Below, one piece after another: positions 11,889 through 15,090 of a DNA stretch of 15,090 nucleotides. The stretch lies in the IMG/VR virus record IMGVR_UViG_3300025289_000020, one strand, 5' to 3'. Position numbers and translations under genes: made by a program. Origin of the DNA: a virus. The notes under the pieces were generated by a model that was not told where the DNA came from, did not search any database, and saw only the letters and a program-made list of their open reading frames with translations. How positions within the stretch are numbered: position 1 is the first letter of the stretch; each line of letters begins with the position of its first letter.

Positions 11889-13922
11889 GTGCGGTCCCTC
11901 TCCGGCACCCTGGCCGCCGCCCAGAAGGCCCGCGTCCGCCGCCCCCACCTGCACGTCACCGTCGCCGATCGCTTCGCCGGCATCCGCCGCCTGCGCTGGA
12001 CGCAGTGGTACGCCGGCGCCGAGGCGGACAACGGCCACGCCGCGGTCGTCGCCGACGACGGCTCACTCACCCGCGCCCGCTTCGAAAGCACCACCCTCTA
12101 CCGCTCCCGCGTCGAAACCCCCACCAGCGGCGACACGTACTCCTCCTGGACCACCTGGACCCCCGCCGTCACCCCGAAGGCCAACTTAATAGCCTTCGCC
12201 AAGGCCGGCTCCACACTGTGGGCGTTCATCGTCAACAACGCCACCCAGACCCAGGTCTACAAGGCCACCAGCGCCGACGACGGCGCAACCTGGAGCGCCT
12301 TCGCGCTCGCCTTCACCAACGACCGCGACGTCACCGCACTCGCCGCCGCCGGCAAGACCGACGGCAACGTCGTCGTCACCGTCATCCCCGGCCCCGTCGG
12401 CACCGGCGTCAAGGCCTGGCGCTGGAACGGCAGCGCCTGGACCGGCTACGACGGCCCCTCCAGCGCCCTCTCCTACTCCGGCGTCGCCGTCACCTACGGC
12501 GGCGACTGGAACGTCGTCACCACCGACGAGGACACACTCGCCGCCATCCCCGTCCAGGAGCTCCGGCAGTACATCTTCGGCGACGGCTTCTCCCAGGCCG
12601 CCAACACCTGGAGCGCCGGCGTCATCCTCCAGACCGCCATAAGCGCCGCCGGCCTCCTCTTCGCCGCCCCCTACGCCGGACGCCCCGACGTCTACCGCGC
12701 GACCTTCCGCCAACGCTTCACCGGAACCGTCGCCTACGACCGCACCCACCACACCAACCAGCCAGCCACCGCCGCCTTCGTCGACGCCCTATGGCGCGAG
12801 CCCGTCCCCCTGAACATCGTCGCCCCCTTCGGCGCCGCCATCTCCTACGACGCCACCCAGGTCTTCCTCACCACCGCCCGCTACGTCTACCAGGCGCCCG
12901 TGGCCGACGGCATCACCGACATCACCGCCCGCGTCGTCACCGCCGACCTCCACGAGACGGACACCCCCAAGCTGTCCGAGCTCATCCTGGACAACAGCGA
13001 CGGCGCCTACACCACGCCGGGCAGCGGCGCCGCCGCCGCCCTGACCAAAGGCGCCGAGGTCCGCATCAGCCCCGGCTACGTCACCACCGCCGGCGACGAG
13101 TACAGCGCCAACGCCGCCTACTACGTCGAGGCCATCCGCCACGTCTACGAAGGCGGCCGCGCGCTCGTCAAGCTCACCCTCGGCAGCCCCTGGACCGCCA
13201 TGGCCCGCCACCGCTTCCCCCGCGCCGTCGAGTTCGCCGCCGCCGCCAAAAACATCTTCCAGCAGCTCCAGCACATCGCCGCTCGCGTCGGCTACGAGCT
13301 GAGCGCCAGCGGCTCCAGCTCCGCCAGCGCCAACCTCTACCCACCGCTCGCGCTGCCGCCGGGCACCTCCGCCCTGACCGCCTTCCGCCGCACCCTCGAC
13401 CGCGTCCCCGACCGCCTCTACGCCCGCGGCGAGTTCCTTTTCCTAAACGAACCGCTCACATCCGACACCAACGACGCCACCTACAAACGCCCATTCGACC
13501 CGGCATTCGGCCAGGAGATCGCCGCCGCCGAGTACGGCGACGCCCTCAAGGACGCCAACCACGTCCAGGTCTTCGCCGACGCCGACGGCGCCGTCGTCGC
13601 CGAGGACGTCGACTACACCGAGACCGCCCTTCTCTACTCCGCCCCCCGCCAGCGCGCCGACCCCTACATCACCGCCGGCGCCGACGCCACGGCCAGGGCC
13701 GCCGCCGAGCAGCGCAGGCAGACCGTCCACACCACGCGCGGCGACCAGATCACCGCCCCCGTCCACTGCGGCCTGGAGGTCAACGACGTGATCGCTCTCA
13801 CCGACGCCAGGCACGGCCTCAGCGGCGCCAAGCGCCGCGTCCTCAGCCTCCGCACCCTCTACCGGCGGGGGCCCGGCGGCAAGGCCAGATACGACCACGT
13901 CATCGAACTGGGAGCGCCGTGA
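11889..13922 (+). CDS. Tail nozzle/hub-like protein, 677 aa, with an N-terminal BNR/Asp-box region
   Basis: GTG start and strong GC3 throughout. Canonical Asp-box SADDGATW at 12270-12293, with degenerate copies (SGDTYSSW, NGSAWTGY). Function inferred from size and synteny. Confidence 0.6.
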   Translation: MRSLSGTLAAAQKARVRRPHLHVTVADRFAGIRRLRWTQWYAGAEADNGHAAVVADDGSLTRARFESTTLYRSRVETPTSGDTYSSWTTWTPAVTPKANLIAFAKAGSTLWAFIVNNATQTQVYKATSADDGATWSAFALAFTNDRDVTALAAAGKTDGNVVVTVIPGPVGTGVKAWRWNGSAWTGYDGPSSALSYSGVAVTYGGDWNVVTTDEDTLAAIPVQELRQYIFGDGFSQAANTWSAGVILQTAISAAGLLFAAPYAGRPDVYRATFRQRFTGTVAYDRTHHTNQPATAAFVDALWREPVPLNIVAPFGAAISYDATQVFLTTARYVYQAPVADGITDITARVVTADLHETDTPKLSELILDNSDGAYTTPGSGAAAALTKGAEVRISPGYVTTAGDEYSANAAYYVEAIRHVYEGGRALVKLTLGSPWTAMARHRFPRAVEFAAAAKNIFQQLQHIAARVGYELSASGSSSASANLYPPLALPPGTSALTAFRRTLDRVPDRLYARGEFLFLNEPLTSDTNDATYKRPFDPAFGQEIAAAEYGDALKDANHVQVFADADGAVVAEDVDYTETALLYSAPRQRADPYITAGADATARAAAEQRRQTVHTTRGDQITAPVHCGLEVNDVIALTDARHGLSGAKRRVLSLRTLYRRGPGGKARYDHVIELGAP

Positions 13923-13987
13923 AAAACGACCCTCTGAGAGCCACGAGAAGCCCCCCCAACCAACCGCCACCACACCAGGAGACCCCC

Positions 13988-14113
13988 GTGTGTGAAGACT
14001 GCGGAACGCTCGCCACCACCGTCTACCCCCACTGCGACGCCAACCTCTGCCCCGACTGCATCAACGACCACATCGAGCACGCACACGCCCAATACCAAGA
14101 CGAGGAACCATGA
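13988..14113 (+). CDS. Zinc-ribbon mini-protein, 41 aa
   Basis: AGGAG lies 7 nt before the GTG. Contains CEDCG..x10..C..x4..CPDC. Its stop overlaps the spike start (ATGA). Confidence 0.65.
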   Translation: MCEDCGTLATTVYPHCDANLCPDCINDHIEHAHAQYQDEEP

Positions 14114-15090
14114 CCCAGCGCTTCGCCGACGACCCCCAGAGCATCCCCGGCGGCCGCATCATCGCCAAGGCCATCGTCAAGACCTACACCGCCGGCACCC
14201 ACAAGGCCGACGTGCAGCTCGTCGGCTCCCACCCCACCGTCCTGTCCGCCATCCGGGTGGCGACGGACATCCCCGCCGCCGACGTCGTGGCCGGCCGGCA
14301 ATGCACCGTCCTCTTCCTGGACCCCGCCAACCAGGACGACGCCGTGATCCTCACCATCCAGGGCGCCCTCCCGTCGGGCGGCGGCGGCGGCGTCACCTCC
14401 CACCCCGCCCTGACCAGCCTCGACTACGCCTCCGCCGGTCACACCGGCTTCGAGACCCCCACCGGCGCCCAGGCGAAGGTCGACACACACGCCGCCGCCG
14501 CCGACCCGCACACCGTCTACGGCGCCCTCGCCCAGGCCGAGACCTGGGCTGCCCTGCAGACCTTCGGCGCCGGCCTCCGCCTCTCCTCCGGCCAGGCCAT
14601 CCAGAACAGCGCCGGCGTCGACCGCATCCGCCTGGCCATCACCAGCCAGCACATCACCCTCATCGGCGACGCCAACGTCGACGGCAACCTCAAGGTCGGC
14701 ACCGGCCCCTTCGGCAACTTCGCCGCCTACAACACCAACCCGTCCACCGGCATCGTGAACATCGGCGGCAACACCGTCTTTACCCCCGCCACCGCCAGCG
14801 TCACCGGCCTCCAGTGCCAGGTCGTCGCCGCCCCGACCAGCGGAGCCCCCAACGTCATCGCCGTCGCCGGCTTCGCCAAGATCGGCGGCGGCAGCGGCGC
14901 CACCATCAGCAACCTCATCGGCCTCCAGTACTACGCCCAGGCCGGCGGCGCCCTCCCCCACACCAACGTTAAGTGCATCGAGGCCAAGGTTCAGGTCGCC
15001 AGCTTCACCGGCACCCTCACCTCCGCCATGGGCATCGACATCCCCGCCCCGCAGATCGTCGGCGGCACACCCACCGTCACCACCATGTAC
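14110..15090 (+). CDS. Tail spike/fibre protein, N-terminal 327 codons (open at the window end, continues at 2..394)
   Basis: ATG 14110 with no stop before the window end, so it is absent from the ORF track. The N-terminus GGRIIAKAIVKTYTAGTHKADVQLVG...CTVLFLDPANQDDAVILTIQG resembles gpV/gp5/Gp138-type OB-fold spike domains (from memory). The rest is Gly/Ala/Thr-rich and repetitive. Confidence 0.8.
   Translation, partial: MTQRFADDPQSIPGGRIIAKAIVKTYTAGTHKADVQLVGSHPTVLSAIRVATDIPAADVVAGRQCTVLFLDPANQDDAVILTIQGALPSGGGGGVTSHPALTSLDYASAGHTGFETPTGAQAKVDTHAAAADPHTVYGALAQAETWAALQTFGAGLRLSSGQAIQNSAGVDRIRLAITSQHITLIGDANVDGNLKVGTGPFGNFAAYNTNPSTGIVNIGGNTVFTPATASVTGLQCQVVAAPTSGAPNVIAVAGFAKIGGGSGATISNLIGLQYYAQAGGALPHTNVKCIEAKVQVASFTGTLTSAMGIDIPAPQIVGGTPTVTTMY
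14997..15090. repeat. Second copy of the 94-bp terminal overlap
   Basis: Identical to 1..94. It lies inside the spike/fibre reading frame. Confidence 0.95.

Noticed and set aside
11492-14113. The 873-aa + strand ORF and other alternate-frame + ORFs: 4248..5618, 8284..9540, 13992..14972, 1197..1829, 7796..8290 and 576..731.
   Set aside because: These are Arg/Pro/His-rich nonsense translations from the out-of-phase frame of real genes. Only short terminal pieces of some are real (13988..14113, 1830..2162, 732..950), and those are called separately.

Overview
High-GC (about 70%) window that appears to be a complete, circularly closed tailed-phage genome of about 14,996 bp. Bases 1-94 are identical to 14997-15090, and the spike/fibre ORF reads straight across that junction. 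Every gene I can support is on the + strand, and most are joined by ATGA/GTGA stop-start overlaps.

Map:
- Fibre C-terminus, 2-394.
- Heptamer repeat array, 404-431.
- Lysis cassette, 732-2441: small TM proteins plus an Amidase_2 endolysin.
- Non-coding region of about 670 bp, 2442-3110, with a C-rich to G-rich composition flip around an AT-rich palindromic core.
- Early module of small Cys4 zinc-ribbon proteins, 3125-5094, closed by a U-tract terminator.
- Regulatory gap with strong -10 boxes, 5095-5403.
- Small genes including a TerS-like protein, 5404-6948.
- TerL, portal, scaffold, major capsid, adaptor-like protein, a 677-aa nozzle/hub-like protein with an Asp-box, a 41-aa zinc ribbon, and the spike/fibre (14110 to the end).

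I recognise no polymerase, primase/helicase, integrase, repressor, tRNA or CRISPR.

Most interesting:
- An AT-rich 17-bp motif present three times around and inside the TerS-like gene, written in rare codons.
- A DnaA-box-like tandem heptamer array.
- The large non-coding region.
- Coding potential that jumps to the +1 frame at two or three places without a start or stop.
- A striking density of zinc-ribbon mini-proteins, including a tandemly duplicated pair.

The long antisense and alternate-frame ORFs in the track are high-GC artefacts. All functional calls rest on motifs read by eye, synteny and third-position GC, not on searches.
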